The notes beneath the pieces were generated by a model. The model was not told the origin of the DNA, made no database searches, and was given only the letters and a program-made list of their open reading frames with translations. The position numbers and the translations under genes are program-made. From the NCBI GenBank assembly GCA_963924565.1, contig OZ004612.1:7998001-8062000 (forward strand): a DNA stretch of 64,000 nt, written 5' to 3'. Shown in pieces: positions 46,701 through 60,700 of this stretch (its first letter is position 1; each line of letters begins with the position of its first letter). This DNA is from Ascidiella aspersa. Lineage: Eukaryota.

Positions 46701-49700
46701 CTTTTAAAAATAACCATAGCTCGACTACGGCCAAAAGTGTGATTACGTAAAGTCTGGATCCGATTCTACAGCCTGTATTGTAAACACGTTATAAGAAATC
46801 TATTAATGTGCATATATTTGGTGTGTATCACTCATCCAACCATAATATGGTTGTAAAATATTCCACCATTTGCTATTGTAATTTTATCATTAACCTTATT
46901 TGTTTCGTAATCGGAGCAATACTCGAATCCAGATTCCGCTGTCCATTTTGCGACCAGTAAACAGGCCATGAACACGCTAATGCCAGAATTATATAATTCA
47001 AAACGCCAAAATTCTTTACGCAACATTCACTAGAAAATTTGCGTTAGCAAGCCATGGATATCAACGTGAGAAAAAACAGCTCCACTTTACGTCTTTACAT
47101 TACATTTTATTTATTTTTTGTTTAGTAAGACGCGAAGAGCTAAAAGCATTAGAAATGTCGGTTATCTGTTGCGCGGCAAATATACCAAACATCAGTCTTG
47201 TAAAGATGTCATTTTGAAATGACTTAAGTCCCAGTCAAGTCATTTGTAAAATAATCTAAGTCTAAGTCAGGTCATATGTAAAATAACGTAAGTCCAAGTC
47301 AAGTCTGTTTGAATGAATAACAACTCAAGTTCCAAGTCATAATTAAAGCAAGTCAATTCCAAGGCAGGTCCTCGTCATAAGAATTACACGTTATAAGCTA
47401 TTAAAATTGGGTAAATTCGATTATGAACAATATTTTAACTAAAAATACATAAGAGGCAAGAGGGCAAGAAAATTATTTTATGTGCAAAAATTAAAATAAA
47501 TAATCTAAATTTACGAAAACACTTAATTTAAGTCAATTTTTTTAAAAACGGCTACCTTAGTTATTGACATAAGTCATTACAATACTGCCAAATATCCACA
47601 CTTATTGTGTTTTCGCAACCTGTAACTTAGGCAAACTTGTACACAGATACTATATTATGCATATTCTGTGTGAACCTTTCTAAAATCAAATGCTTCAACA
47701 CGTAACCATAGATTGCCCAACCATAATGCATTGTTCGTAACTCAATCGCAGACAAGGCACTCAGAGAGAAGCCGTTTACTTTTGCCAACATAAACATCAA
47801 AGGTGGAGAGTGGTGACGCCTGGAGAATCATCGGAAAAAGGACAAATTACAAACAGTTGCCCGATTGCCGAAGGTTAGCTTTAAATATGGCGTCTATGTC
47901 CACTTGTAATTATTCTCTACATATCAAACAAACCTCTGGTAAATGAGAAAGTAAGATAATCGTTTAAGTTTATAATAGAAAACTCCCGAGAAATTTGACT
48001 ACTTGTCTCACTGTGACCAGTTTAGTCGCCTACAGTCATTTGCGAAAACTTGTCATGTGTTTTTTTATACTCTAGAACAAGAGTGGGCAAACTGCGGCAC
48101 GCGAGCAGTTAAGGCCACTAAGAGTACCGTTTATGAACGTTTCTCTCTTTTTAATTTCTTTATTTAGGCCAAATTTGACAAAGAAATAGAAATAGAAGAG
48201 TGAGTTGCAAGTCAACGTAATTTCATTGCTAAGGTTTCTGAGATTAGCAAATCAAACAAAGACCGATATTGATAAATAATGTGCGTGTTGTTTTGGTATT
48301 ACCGTTTTGTTATATTCCAATTCTGTTATTATTGCTGAACTTATATTATTTAGGCCTACCGTTTTTGTATTGGAATAATTTTGAGGCTCTGTGGTACTTA
48401 AATTTTCTGCAAATGGCTCTTCGATTAAATACATTTGCCTACCCCTGCTCTAAAATCTAGATAATTTATGGTATAAGAATGTTTTTATTTTAAATAAGAA
48501 ACAAACCGCCCAAACTAAAATAAAACGTTACTCGGTTAAATGAAAGTTTACCGGAAGTCTTGCTCTACCAGTTTATAGCGGGTGATTTTACAGCCATTAA
48601 ACCACCATTAACAAGGAAGTATAGCTTGATCGGCAAATATGCTGCTAATAAAAAGTGGTTGATAAATGAAAATCGGTCGCATATAATGCTGGTTTTGTTT
48701 TACTGCATTTTACAGGAATAAAACCGTTTACGCCCTTGTAAAAGGACAAAGCCTAATAAAGGATATTTGTAGTAATTGTGATCTTTATAATGGCCTAATG
48801 TCGTTGACCTGGCGTCCATGTCATATTTTGTTTTACGAAATTTCACACTTTATTGACACAAAACAAAGAATGGTTACTAAAATAAAACGCCACAGAATAT
48901 CAGTGTAATGCGCCTTGTTAAAATTGTGCAAACCAAACACTTTGCAACCGATTTGTGATAGTTAAGAGTTATAGCACTAAAAAATTGACTTAAGCATGAA
49001 GATTGGTGCGCTAGTGCGTGTTATTCAATAAACCAACAAGTCACCAAATATAGAGTTAGCTCCACCAGGCAACATATCAATAAATATAAATCGCTCTTCT
49101 GGTGTAAACGAAGTATAAACCGACGTTTCGGCAGCAGGCTAACGCACTCTCGTTTTAATTATTAACCCTGATGAGGTCAGCTGGTATCTGCTGCCGAAAC
49201 GTCGGTTTATACTTCGTTTACACCAGAAGAGCGATTTATAAGTCACCAAATATGTTTAACAAAGTGATCACACATAAAAAACACGACTAAAATTTAAGCA
49301 ACAGTTTTGAATACGTTGTCCTGTTGCCGTCAGGTATTGATTAAATTGTCAAACTATTTTCCCGGTAAAGTTTCATTCAAATGCCAACGTTTCGACCATC
49401 CATTCAAACAAATTGTTTCCCTGGTATATATATTTTTTCGCCAATTTGCAATTAAATTGCCATGGTGAAGATTGCTCCAATAAGTGGTCGAAACGTTGGT
49501 ATTTATCATATTGCCGGAAGAACATTTTTTTAAAACAATTTTCTTATTTCTGCAGAATGGTACAACGACTTTCACCTATATGCACGGAAATTACCGGCTG
49601 CGGGATACGAACCAATTTATAACTTCCTCAGAAAGTTATATCCACGATCTAGCTTGTTGACTGATGTGGATAATTCATTTTTGGGATTTGTTACCTTAAA

Positions 49701-52199
49701 GAAAGCATTCTATTTGCCAGGTTTTGTATTATTTATTTAAGTTTTATTACTACACACTCATAAATTTCTTTAACGTATTTTGACGTATTTTAGTTACAGA
49801 TTTATTCGTCTATTTACATGTTATTGCCTGGACACTAGTTTAGGTAACGATAATTGTGACTATTGCAGTAAATTATTTGCTTAACATATTATTCTATTTA
49901 AGCAGTAACACAATTTCTGATGTTTTTGAATTTCATCCCTATTTATTGACCCAGAAATGCCTAACAAATGAGTAAGTTATTTGATAAGAATATATGCTTG
50001 TGGTAGTAGTGAGAAGTGTATTTGTGGGAGCTCGTTACAATTCAACCACCAAGCAGTGGAATTGGAGCGATGGAACCAGCGCAAACTTTACCACAACACC
50101 TACAACATGCAAACAGAAAGCATTCTCGTATAAATTGAAAGACTTGGAAGATAGAAACTGTTCGGGGCAACTCGCCTACTATTCCTGTGAAGTGAGGCCA
50201 AAGCGTAGGTGTATACTATCGCTGTTCGTAACTAAATTCACTACAATGAAGTACACACAGGCCGGGCGGATCCAGGTTGGGGGCACGCGGCCATGTTCCC
50301 CTTAATCTCCATTTTTTCCATTCGAATTGATAACATTTTTGTGATGTAGCTATTGTATTGAAACTAATACCTCTCCAACCTAAACCTAAACCAAAACAAA
50401 CGAAAATGTTTGATGCTCTTAATGTTATTTCTTTATAACGTTTATTTAGATGTAACGTTATGACGTCACCATTAGACGTAGCGTTTTGACGTAATTTATG
50501 AAAACAATTAAGCTCTATGGCACTTGACAGCTTTCATTCTTATACTAAAATTGTACTATAGTAACAACTTGGATCGCAATGGAGAATTGTACCTCTACAA
50601 TGATCCATATAAACTGGTCGAACGACATTCACAAACTAGCCAATAACACAGGATATGGTTATCACATCAAGGTAAGATGTTGTAAAAATGTCTATATTTT
50701 ATTAAATGGCAAAAGGCAATGGCTAAATAGCGAAAAAGATACATAAATCACCTATGCAATTCTTCCAGAGCAAAACATTTAAGTAACATATGGTTAATTG
50801 GTTATGTGTCTCAGGTAGTGTTTTTAAATGTGTTTTGAGGAACTGAAGTTGGTCTCTTAAAAGTAAATATAATAAAAAAATCGAAACAGGTTATTTAAAA
50901 TCAAAGTCTCTATTGCACCCATTGAGCACTTGGATATACCGAAAAAAATTGACATACACGTTTTATTCTCCAGATAAAAGTTTTGAAAAACGACAACAAC
51001 ATAATGGTTAAAATATTTACCGGAACAGTTTCAAGTTTCACGGTTGTCGGGTTAAAGAAACGTACCGTGTATGATATACAGGTGATTGCAGCTCAACTCA
51101 GGAGTTGTGATTTTTTTTTAATTGTTATTTATTTCGTTAGATCAACGCTTCAATCACTGGTTGTAGCTCGTATAACGTTGTTTTAAATAGCAAAGTGACA
51201 ACAGGATATGGGAAACCTGATCCAGTCACTAACGCCTACGTCAAGTCACCAATGCCCTGTGTTGTGGCTTTAAATAAATCATCAACCGACAGCAATATCG
51301 TCGCATATGAGGTATTCGTTTTCTTACATAGCATAGTTTTCGTTCATTGGTGTAATCATTGGACCCCAAATAATTTTGATGTCCCTTTTAGAATATTAGA
51401 TGAACAAAAACTGATATGCTATAGAACCAACGGCAAACTTTACTGTTTTATTAACAGATTGCAGCAAACAGTGCGAAACATGAGAGCGTTCACAATTTTT
51501 TGGCCAATGCTGATAGATTCCGCGTCGATATCAATAATTATCCAAGTGGAGAAAACATAAGCCTTACGGTAAGTATATTGAATAAAACAAATGATTAAAA
51601 TGATTATATTAATGTTAAAAAATATAATAAAATATCAAATATTCGAATTTGACATGTTTAACAGATCAAGGCATTCTCTTGCGAGGGCGGCAGTTACACA
51701 ATGAAAGTCAGCGGTTTTTGTTTTACGCCTGTCAATACAACCACCACGGCCACTGGCGTTAGTTCGACTGAAAGTGCAATTGGCAAGCTCAGCAATAACA
51801 CCGGTAGTAAACTTAAGAAATCAGGGTTTGGGGGAAACATTACAATAGCGTCTATATTACACCTTTTCCTAAATGTACATTAAGACGAATTATGACATTT
51901 CACTAAATGAAATAAAAGAAAATTACAATTACACAACGACCGAACTTATAACGTTATGAGCTGATTAAATTGCATTCACAAAAATAAGTTAGTTCGGTTA
52001 CATTATAATCGGTTACCAATGCTCGGTGGGTCAGATTCTTATAAACTATAAACACCTGCACCTAAAATCTTAGAACCAGTGTTGTCTTACTTAGTTTTCA
52101 ACGTAACGGTTTGATTTTAGATCTTGGATTAATCTTTGGCATCATCTCCACTTCGATTTTAATCCTAATGGTTAGTGTTTTAGTCGGACTGAAAATACG
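34753..52199 (+). CDS. C-type-lectin-like/FN3 type I membrane receptor without PTP domains (copy B); exons 34753-34813, 35197-35376, 46505-46664, 47752-47873, 49556-49720, 50010-50204, 50562-50671, 50974-51081, 51141-51311, 51458-51568, 51665-51782, 52121-52199; terminal exon uncertain
   Basis: Exon-for-exon paralog of copy A exons 1-12 with compatible phases and no stops: MKFVIGFVAVLCLSSFCEVT...DLGLIFGIISTSILILMVSVLVGLKIR. No PTP motifs are seen downstream. Possible short tails are read-through WVTVIQRQNNYFSASYV* or an exon at ~52509 (KTKIEKSSRRL*). Confidence 0.82.
37043..37222. repeat. Small hairpin/MITE nested in the foldback arm (mirror copy 44571-44750)
   Basis: ~40-bp inverted repeat aaatagaggaatcaggtggcactgtataaagacaaattgta around a twice-repeated ~46-bp unit (ttgattctcgacaagc...tcaggtcaaa). 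Confidence 0.85.
40425..41394 (+). repeat. Tandem array of about five 192-bp units at the centre of the foldback element
   Basis: Marker (g/t)cgcgtt recurs at 40615, 40807, 40999, 41191, 41383, spaced exactly 192 bp; the first unit is more diverged. Confidence 0.95.
45187..45976. mobile_element. 790-bp non-autonomous TIR element inserted in the right foldback arm only
   Basis: Ends ccagattggaaactttgg / ccaaactttccaacctgg; 8-bp TSD cccacacc/cccacatc; repeated subterminal gcgcggctg motifs; empty site in the left arm at ~36606-36616. Confidence 0.85.
49052..49240 (+). mobile_element. Penelope-like element remnant with inverted segment
   Basis: 13-bp flanking duplication agtcaccaaatat (49039-49051, 49241-49253); ~53-bp inverted repeat 49085-49138 / 49188-49240; contains a hammerhead core. 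Not seen in copy C. Confidence 0.7.
49161..49210 (+). ncRNA. Minimal type I hammerhead ribozyme motif
   Basis: attaacc-CTGATGA-ggtcagc.tggtatct.gctgcc-GAAA-c-GTC-ggtttat: conserved core, stem I and stem II pairing, GUC cleavage triplet, palindromic ACGT stem III. Confidence 0.75.
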
Positions 52200-53317
52200 G
52201 TGGGTAACAGTAATTCAGAGGCAAAACAATTACTTTTCTGCTTCATATGTATAGCCATGCAGTGCGGCGTCAGCGTTTTTTAGGCGGCTAAATATTACAT
52301 GAGTGTCCGACAAAGGCAGTTAGGCGAGCAACAAGTGTACAATGTCAGGTGCAACGGTTTTAGCAATTAAGGGCGTTCAGTTGCAAAAGAAACATTCCAT
52401 CGTAAAACGTCTTAAGGGTTGTTCAAATATTCAAGGCCATTTTTTAGGCCAACATTCAGCGGTTCATGCACAGCTTATTTGTCAAGTAGGCTAATAGTAA
52501 CCCATTAGTAAAACGAAAATCGAGAAATCATCTCGACGATTGTAGTAACATCGATCGGCCTAGTACAAAACAGAGCCTAACATAAAAAATACCTTGGCGG
52601 CGTCGAAGAACAAGATTTGTAATGACTGTATAAGCTAATTTAAATTGAAATGACTTAATTATACAATTTTTAAAATTAAGCGCTTTTGTTCTTTTATTAA
52701 TGGCTGTATTTGTTATTAGTGAAGAAGTGAAACAAGTAAAATATGTTAAACACAATTCTTGGTATTTTCATAAGAGGGTCGAGAGCCTTTCAAAGGGGGC
52801 CACGAAGCATAAAAGGTTGAGAACCACTGGCATAGACCAAAGCAAAACATTTTTATACAAAATCCACGTTACAATGGGGTCACTTTTATATTAACAGGTT
52901 CTTGTCACAACACTATACTTTACGTCGTAACAATTAAGTCACAAAATTTAGAAACACCTGTACTTTGTCCCACGTTTATAAGTGCTATGGTGGCAGAACT
53001 ATTTGTCAACATTTTATAAATTATAAACCAGTTAAGGCAAGTGTTGCTCGTTTAAAGCAGGTGGGCATAAAGTCTGCAAGCCTCAGAAAGCAACACGTTT
53101 TATAAATAACTATATATATATATATATATTAGACGTTAACTAGCATTAAAAATGTATTTCAGATCGCTGTTATAATATGTATATAAGGCAATTGAAAGGC
53201 CATTTAAATTTACTGCATATTTCAGTTAAAACGTGAAATATCAAGATTGAATTTCTACTAGGATAGAAAACCTGGTGCGCTAATAGGTATCGACTAGGGC
53301 AGGCTATCATGCTATAC

Positions 53318-53658
53318 CAGGGGTTCTTAAACTGGGGTCCATGGACCCCTTGTGGGTTCGTGAACTAGTTTTAGGGGGTCCACAAAGGTCTAATTGAAAT
53401 ATTAGTGTTTATTTAAGAAGTAATCAATTTATTAAAGAAATCAATTTAGTTAAAATAAAACGGTTTTGCACTGAATGTATTTGGACTCCATTTCACTTTT
53501 ACGATTTTGGACCAAAATCAGCAAATTTATGAAGTCTATTTGTACTGTGACGTCAATTTATGACGTCATTTTTTTAATTTTTGTTTTTGCCTACAGTGGT
53601 CCACGCGAGATGAAAGTAAATTTTAGGGGTCCGCGGTAAAAAAGTTTAAGAACCCCTG
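53318..53658. mobile_element. hAT (Charlie-like) MITE in the spacer between copies B and C
   Basis: TIR caggggttcttaaact / agtttaagaacccctg; TSD tgctatac/tgctgtac. Confidence 0.85.
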
Positions 53659-54756
53659 TGCTGTACTAATTATCCTGGTTACAGAAAATGGTTTGAAATC
53701 CCAAAAAGGCTTGTCAATGTTTTTTATTCAACTTTTGAAATCAAGGTTGAACGACGGTTAAGCCGTTTGTTTACTTCGGTTGGATGAGTTGCTGTTGGTT
53801 TGGAGTTTAAACGTATTCATTGAAATGAAATTACGAGTTTCGCCAGTAGGATTTTTGTTGAAAAGGCAAAGTATATTCAGTTGAACAGTGTGTTGATTGA
53901 TTGTGTCAAATAAGATGAAATGAAATTATAATGTAAGTTTGTTGTAGCCTTGTAGAAATTTATCTATGCATTACCTTGGGGAAGCATGTAAGATCCGTCG
54001 TCTTGTTTCTGGAAAGTTTGAATTGCTAAAAAACATAAGGCTGACCTTAAACGAAGTTACAGCGAATCCGGTGGTGGTACAAAGCTTAACCCCAGAATTA
54101 TTTTTTTGCATTTCTTACATAAATTTAACTTTATCTATGTTACGCAATTTCTTTTACACTCAACACTAAAATTTTTACAACCTGGTTGTACAACCTTAGC
54201 TAAAAGGACGTTTGTTAAATTAATTGCTTTATAACAGTGTTTCTTAACCTTATTTGGCGACTACCCAAATAGTAATAACAGCAAAGTTTTGGCAACCTAA
54301 TTTTCTTCACCGAACTAATTTTAAGCTTAACGCAAACAAAGCTCAAATAAGAGATTATTAATAATAACTTCAAATTTATTCATTATGAGCGATGTCGCAA
54401 TTGTTGCAATTTCAGAGAAATCTTGCTCAGAACGAATGTCAATAAATCTAACCAGGTGAAATACTCCAGTCAGCTACCGACCCAAACCGATTGGCGATTT
54501 AAATGTTAAGAAAACACTGCTTTATGATCTAGTTGTTTTACGTCATATATTAACGGCTGCTAAAAAAAGCATAGAGGAATTAAGCATAACGTAAGATATT
54601 TTAACCAAGCTGAAATCATTACCAATGCCAGACGTTGGTTGATTGTTTTCTGGTCTTTGTTGGTCGGTATTTCGTTCATGAATCCAAGCATGAAATTTAA
54701 TCAAAAACATTTTTGCAGCTCACGAAATGTTCACGTGTTTAATTACTGTTACCCAC

Positions 54757-57700
54757 CGTATTTTCTGTCCGACTAAAACACTAACCAATAGGATTAAAAT
54801 CGAAGTGGAGATGATGCCAAAGATTAATCCAAGATCTAAAATCAAACCGTTACGTTGAAAACTAAGTAAGACAACACTGGTTCTAAGATTTTAGGTGCAG
54901 ATGTTTATAGTTTATAAGAATCTGACCCACCGAGCAGTGGTAACCGATTATAATGTAACCGAACTAACTTATTTTTGTGAATGCAATTTAATCAGCTCAT
55001 AACGTTATAAGTTCGGTCGTTGTGTAATTGTAATTTTCTTTTATTTCATTTAGTGAAATTTCATAATTCGTCTTAATGTACATTTAGGAAAAGGTGTAAT
55101 ATAGACGCTATTGTAATGTTTCCCCCAAACCCTGATTTCTTAAGTTTACTACCGGTGTTATTGCTGAGCTTGCCAATTGCACTTTCAGTCGAACTAACGC
55201 CAGTGGCCGTGGTGGTTGTATTGACAGGCGTAAAACAAAAACCGCTGACTTTCATTATGTGACTGCCGCCCTCGCAAGAGAATGCCTTGATCTGTTAAGC
55301 ATGTCAAATGTGAACATTTGATATTTTATTATATTTTTTAACATTAATATAATCATTTTAATCATTTGTTTTATTCAATATGCTTACCGTAAAGCTTATG
55401 TTTTCTCCACTTGGATAATTATTGATATCGACGCGGAATCTATCAGCATTGGCCAAAAAATTGTGAACGCTCTCGTGTTTCGCACTGTTTGCTGTAATCT
55501 ATTAATAAAACAGTAAAGTTTGCCGTTGGTTCTATAGCATATCAGTTTTTGTTCATCTAATATTCTAAAAGGGACATCAAAATTATTTGGGGTCCAATGA
55601 TTACACCAATGAACGAAAACTATGCCATGTAAGAAAACGAATACCTCATATGCGACGATATTGCTGTTGGTTGATGATTTATTAAAAGCCACAACACAGG
55701 GCTGCGGTGACTTGACGTAGGCGTCATTGACTGGATCAGGTTTCCCATATCCTGTTGTCACTTTGCTATTTAAAACAACGTTATACGAGCTACAACCAGT
55801 GATTGAAGCGTTGATCTAACGAAATAAATAACAGTTAAAACAAAATCAAAACACGTGAGTTGAGCTGCAATCACCTGTATATCATACACGGTACGTTTCT
55901 TCAACCCGACAACCGTGAAACTTGAAACTGTTCCGGTAAATATTTTAACCATTATGTTGTGGTCGTTAATGTTGTGGTCAAAACGTTTATCTGAAGAATA
56001 AAACGTGTATGTCAATTTTTTTCGGTATATCCAAGTGCTCAATGGGTGCAATAGAGACTTTGAGTTTAAATAACCTGTCTCGATTTTTCTATTATTTGCT
56101 TTTAAGAGACCAACTTCAGTTTCTTAAAACACCTTTGAAAACACTATACTTGAGACATATAACCAATTAACCATATGTTACTTAAATATTCTTCTCTGGA
56201 AGAATTGCATAGGTGATTTATGTATCTTTTTTGTTATTTAGCCATTGCCTTTTTGCAATAAAATATAGACATTTTTACAACGTATTACCTTGATGTGATA
56301 ACCATATCCCGCGTTCTCGGCTAATTTGTAAATGTCGTTCGACCAGTTTAGATGGATCATTGTAGAGTTACAATTCTCCATTGCGATCCAAGTTGTTACT
56401 ATAGTACAATTTTAGTATAAGAATGAAAGCTGTCAAGTGCCGTAGAGCTTAATTGTTTTTAGAAATTACGTCAAAACACTACGTCTAACGATGACGTCAT
56501 AACGTCACATTTAAATAAATGTTATAAAGAAATAACATTAAGAGCATCAAACATTTCGTTTGTTTTGGTTTAGGATTAGGTTGGAGAGGTATTAGTTTCA
56601 ATACAAAAGCTACATTACAAAGATGTTATCAATTCGAATAGTAAAAATGGAGATTAAGGGGAACATGGCCGCGTGCCCCCACCCTGGATCCGCCCGGCCC
56701 GTATGTACATAGTAGTGAATTTAGTTACGAACAGCGATAGCATAAACTTACGCTTTGGCCTCACTTCACAGGAATAGTAGGCGAGTTGCCCCGAACAGTT
56801 TCTAACTTCCATGTCTTTCATTCCATACGATAATGCTTTCTGTTTGCATGTTGTAGGTGTTGTGATAAAGTTTGCGCTCGTTCCATCGCTCCAATTCCAC
56901 TGCTTGGTGACTGAGTTGTAACGAGCTCCCACAAATACACTTCTCACTATTACCACAAGCATATATTCTTATCAAATAACTTACTCATTTGTTAGGCATT
57001 TCTGGGTCAATAAATAGGGATGAAATTCAAAAACATCAGAAATTGTGTTACTGCTTAAATAGAATAATGTGTTAAGCAAATAATTTACTGCAATAATCAC
57101 AATTATCGTTACCTAAACTAGTGTCCAGGTAATAACATGTAAATAGACGAATAAATCTGTAACTAAAATACGTCAAAATACTTAATGAAGACAAAACCGG
57201 TTTCTCTAAAATGCATTAATATCGGCGGCTTAAATATTACTGAACTGTTACTTTTCTGTCAGCTACAAAAGTTCTGTTGAAGACTGAATTTATTAGTCTG
57301 TAGTAATAAAACTTAAATAAATAATAGAAAACCTGGCAAATAGAATGTTTTCTTAAAGGTATCAAATCCAAGAAATAAGTTATCCACATCAGTCAACTAG
57401 CTAGATATTGGATAAATGTTTCTGATGAAGTTATAAATTGATTCGTATCCCGCAGCCGGAAATTTCCGTGAATATAGGTAAAAGTCGTTTAACCATCCTG
57501 CAAAAACAAGAAAATTGTTTTTCCAATTGTTCTTCCGGCAAAATTTTAAGTACCAACGTTTCGACCACCTATTCGGGTAATCTTCTTCATGGCAATTTTA
57601 TTGCAAATAGGCGAAAAAATAGATATACCGTTGGGCAGTGGTCGGCAACTGCCGGTCCGCGGACGGATGCCGGTCCGCGAGGAGTTCGTTACCGGTCCGT

Positions 57701-60700
57701 AGCAGGGTTGCCAGATTAAATTTTGATTTAAACCCGAACTGTACGTAAAAAGCCGGACAAAAGTCAATAACAATTAACTGTATTTTTATATTCCGAATAT
57801 ATTAACTTTCGTTTAAATATACTCCATGGTTGATTGGTATGATGAAAAATAACATTAGTATCAAGCTCGCGTGAGGTTCAAAATAACCAGTGTGCTGTGG
57901 CCATATGAGTTGCATAGCACGTTCACAACATCCAAAAATGTATATTTTTATTACAAAATCTCCTCGTGACGTACAATATATCGAAAAATGGGCTAAAATA
58001 TCATGTTTTTTGATGTTCAAGTGAAATAGGCTACAATAAATTCATGCAAACAATGTTTATAAACAATGTCACATAATGAAAGGATTTATTATTTTGAAAT
58101 TTAAGCAGAAAAGGTTACGAAATACATATGTAGTTTAATTAGCTTTAGCAAATATACAAAATGATGGAAAAAAGCCAAAATGATGAAAATGAGCCGCGTC
58201 TAGAGTTTAATTGCTTGACGGTCCGAAAAAAGGCCGCATGCGGGTTTCATTAACTTTAATAATTCCTAGATACGAGCATCATGTTGCGGCAAAACAAGCT
58301 TAAAGTTTGCATTGAAAAAAATTGTAATAAATTTCCTTTACTGAACAGTTGTTTATTTTAAAGGCCGGTCCGCGACAAAATTTCAGATTTATAACCGGTC
58401 CGAAGTGCAAAAAAGGTTGTCGACCCCGCCGTAGGGAGTTTGGTTTGTACAATTTTTAACAATACGCATTACAATTTTATTTTAATAAACATTCTTCGTT
58501 TTGTGTCAATCACAAAATAGACCACACCTTATACAGATTGTTCAACTTTCATTTTTAAGAATTTGAATTTTCATAGAACAAAATCGATGACCTGAGTACT
58601 ACAAATAAAAACACAATAGCTACAAAACTGCGTTGTTAGCAGTTGTTCTTTTACAAGGGCGTGAACGATTTTATTCCTGTGAAAGGCAGGTAAAGAAACC
58701 AGGCATTATATGCGACCGATTTTCGTATCACAACTGTTGTATCACTAGCAGTACATTTGGCGTTCCCGAAATATTTTCGTGTTAATGGTGATTCAATGGC
58801 TGTCACATTACCCGCCATAAATTTGTAGAGTCACGTTTTATTTGAGTCTTTGTGGTTTGTTTCTTATTTTGATTTAATAACAGTAAAACCATATTAATTA
58901 TAGTTAAATACCATATCGATTAATTAGTGTACAGAAATTATATTTTTTTAGAGCGTTAATAGTGCCGTGAGGTATAATTTAACGTTACAGTGATTAAAAG
59001 CCATTTAATTGGAAAAATGAATGACTGATCGTGAGCGACTATACGGGCCATGGTGAGACAAATCGTCAACTTGAACATGAGTTTTCTATTATAAACTTGA
59101 ACGATTTATCTCGTTTTATCGTTTGGAAGCAGTTTGTTTGTTATGTAGAGGATAATTGCAAGTGAACATCGGCGCTATATTACAAGCTTTTAAAACTCCA
59201 AGATTGTTTTTGCTGCTATACTTACCTTCGGTAATTGGACAACTGTTTGTAATTTGTCCTTTGTCCGATGACTCTCCTGGCGTCACCACTCTACACCTTT
59301 GATGTTTATATTGGCAAAAGTAAACGGCTTCTCTCTGAGTCCCTTTTCTGCAATTGAGTTACAAACAGAAGTAGAATTTCAGAAAGGTTTGGTTACAGAA
59401 CATATTGCGAAAACACAATAAGTGTGGATAGTTGGCAGTTTTGTAATGACTTAAGTCACTGTTTTTCAAAAAGACTTGAATTATCTAAAATCTTTTGGAT
59501 AAATGACTTTTTGAAATTAAGTGTTTTATTTAAGCATTTTTTTCGTAAAATTAGGTTAGTTATATTAATTTTTGCACATAAAGCAACTTACTCTATCTAT
59601 TTGCCTTTTTGGTATTTTTAGTAATGGGTAGTTCACCCAATTTTAATAGCTTAGCGTGTAACTTTTATGACGAAGACTTGACTTGGTATTGACTAGCATT
59701 AACTATGACTTGACTGGGACTCGACTTGTTATTTATTCAAAAAGACTTGACTTGGACTTAAGTTATTTTACATATGACTTGACTTAGACTTAAGTCATTT
59801 CAAAATGACTTGTTTACAACACTGATATTCGGCATATTCGGCGCGCAGATAACCGACATTTCTAATGCTGTTAGCCCTTTACGTCTTACTAAACAATAAC
59901 ACAGATAAAATGTAATGTAAAGTTATGGTTTTAAAAATATGCACACACAACCTACGTTGTTTATTCGAAGCTGATGCTGTTTTTTTCTCACGTCGATATA
60001 TAATGCTTGCTAACGCAAATTTTCTAGTATATGCTTGCGTTAGGAATTTCGGCGTTTTGAATTATGTAATTCTGGTATTAGCGTGTTCATTGCGTGTTTA
60101 CTGGCCGCACAGTCGACAACGGAATCTGGACCCGAGTAAGACTGCCCGAGACCCGAGTCCGACATGTGCATGCGCCATACCAAATTTCGAAACAGATAAG
60201 GCAGAAAACTGTAAATGATAAAAGTGTAAAAGCATATGATGGAATATTTTACAACCATACATTATGGTTGTATGGGTAAAATTACACTATGAGTATGCTG
60301 ATAGAGTCGTAGCCGGACTTGGACTTTATGTAACCACACATTTGGCCGAAGTCGAGCTATGATTATCTTTAACCGACTCCGCAGCCTCGTTTAAATTAGG
60401 TTAAACTTACGTTTTGTACATGTCCAAATACCAAAGTTGCCCAAGTTTTTTCGCACTCTTCCAATTGCCAGTTATCGCTGAATCGGTCGAGAATTTGTAA
60501 ACTATTCTCTGTTGGGGAGGTGTGCTTATATCAGGAAGATGGTCGTAGAAGATGTAAACTCTTTGTAGATCTTAAAGGAAAAAATATTTTAATTGTTAGA
60601 TTTCTGTATGATCAGGTCATATATCAGCAGGATAACTTGTTCTGCAGTTTTCAAGTATAAATATGCAATTTTTTAAACCATTTTTAGGTTTCGATAGGCA

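Larger units (their letters stand above)
32511..52215 (+). repeat. Left arm of an inverted segmental duplication (partner 54741-64000, running off the window end)
   Basis: Sequence at 32511 is the reverse complement of the window end at 64000. Collinear homology continues to gtgggtaacagtaatt just after the TM exon (52215 vs 54741), apart from copy-specific insertions. Confidence 0.95.
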
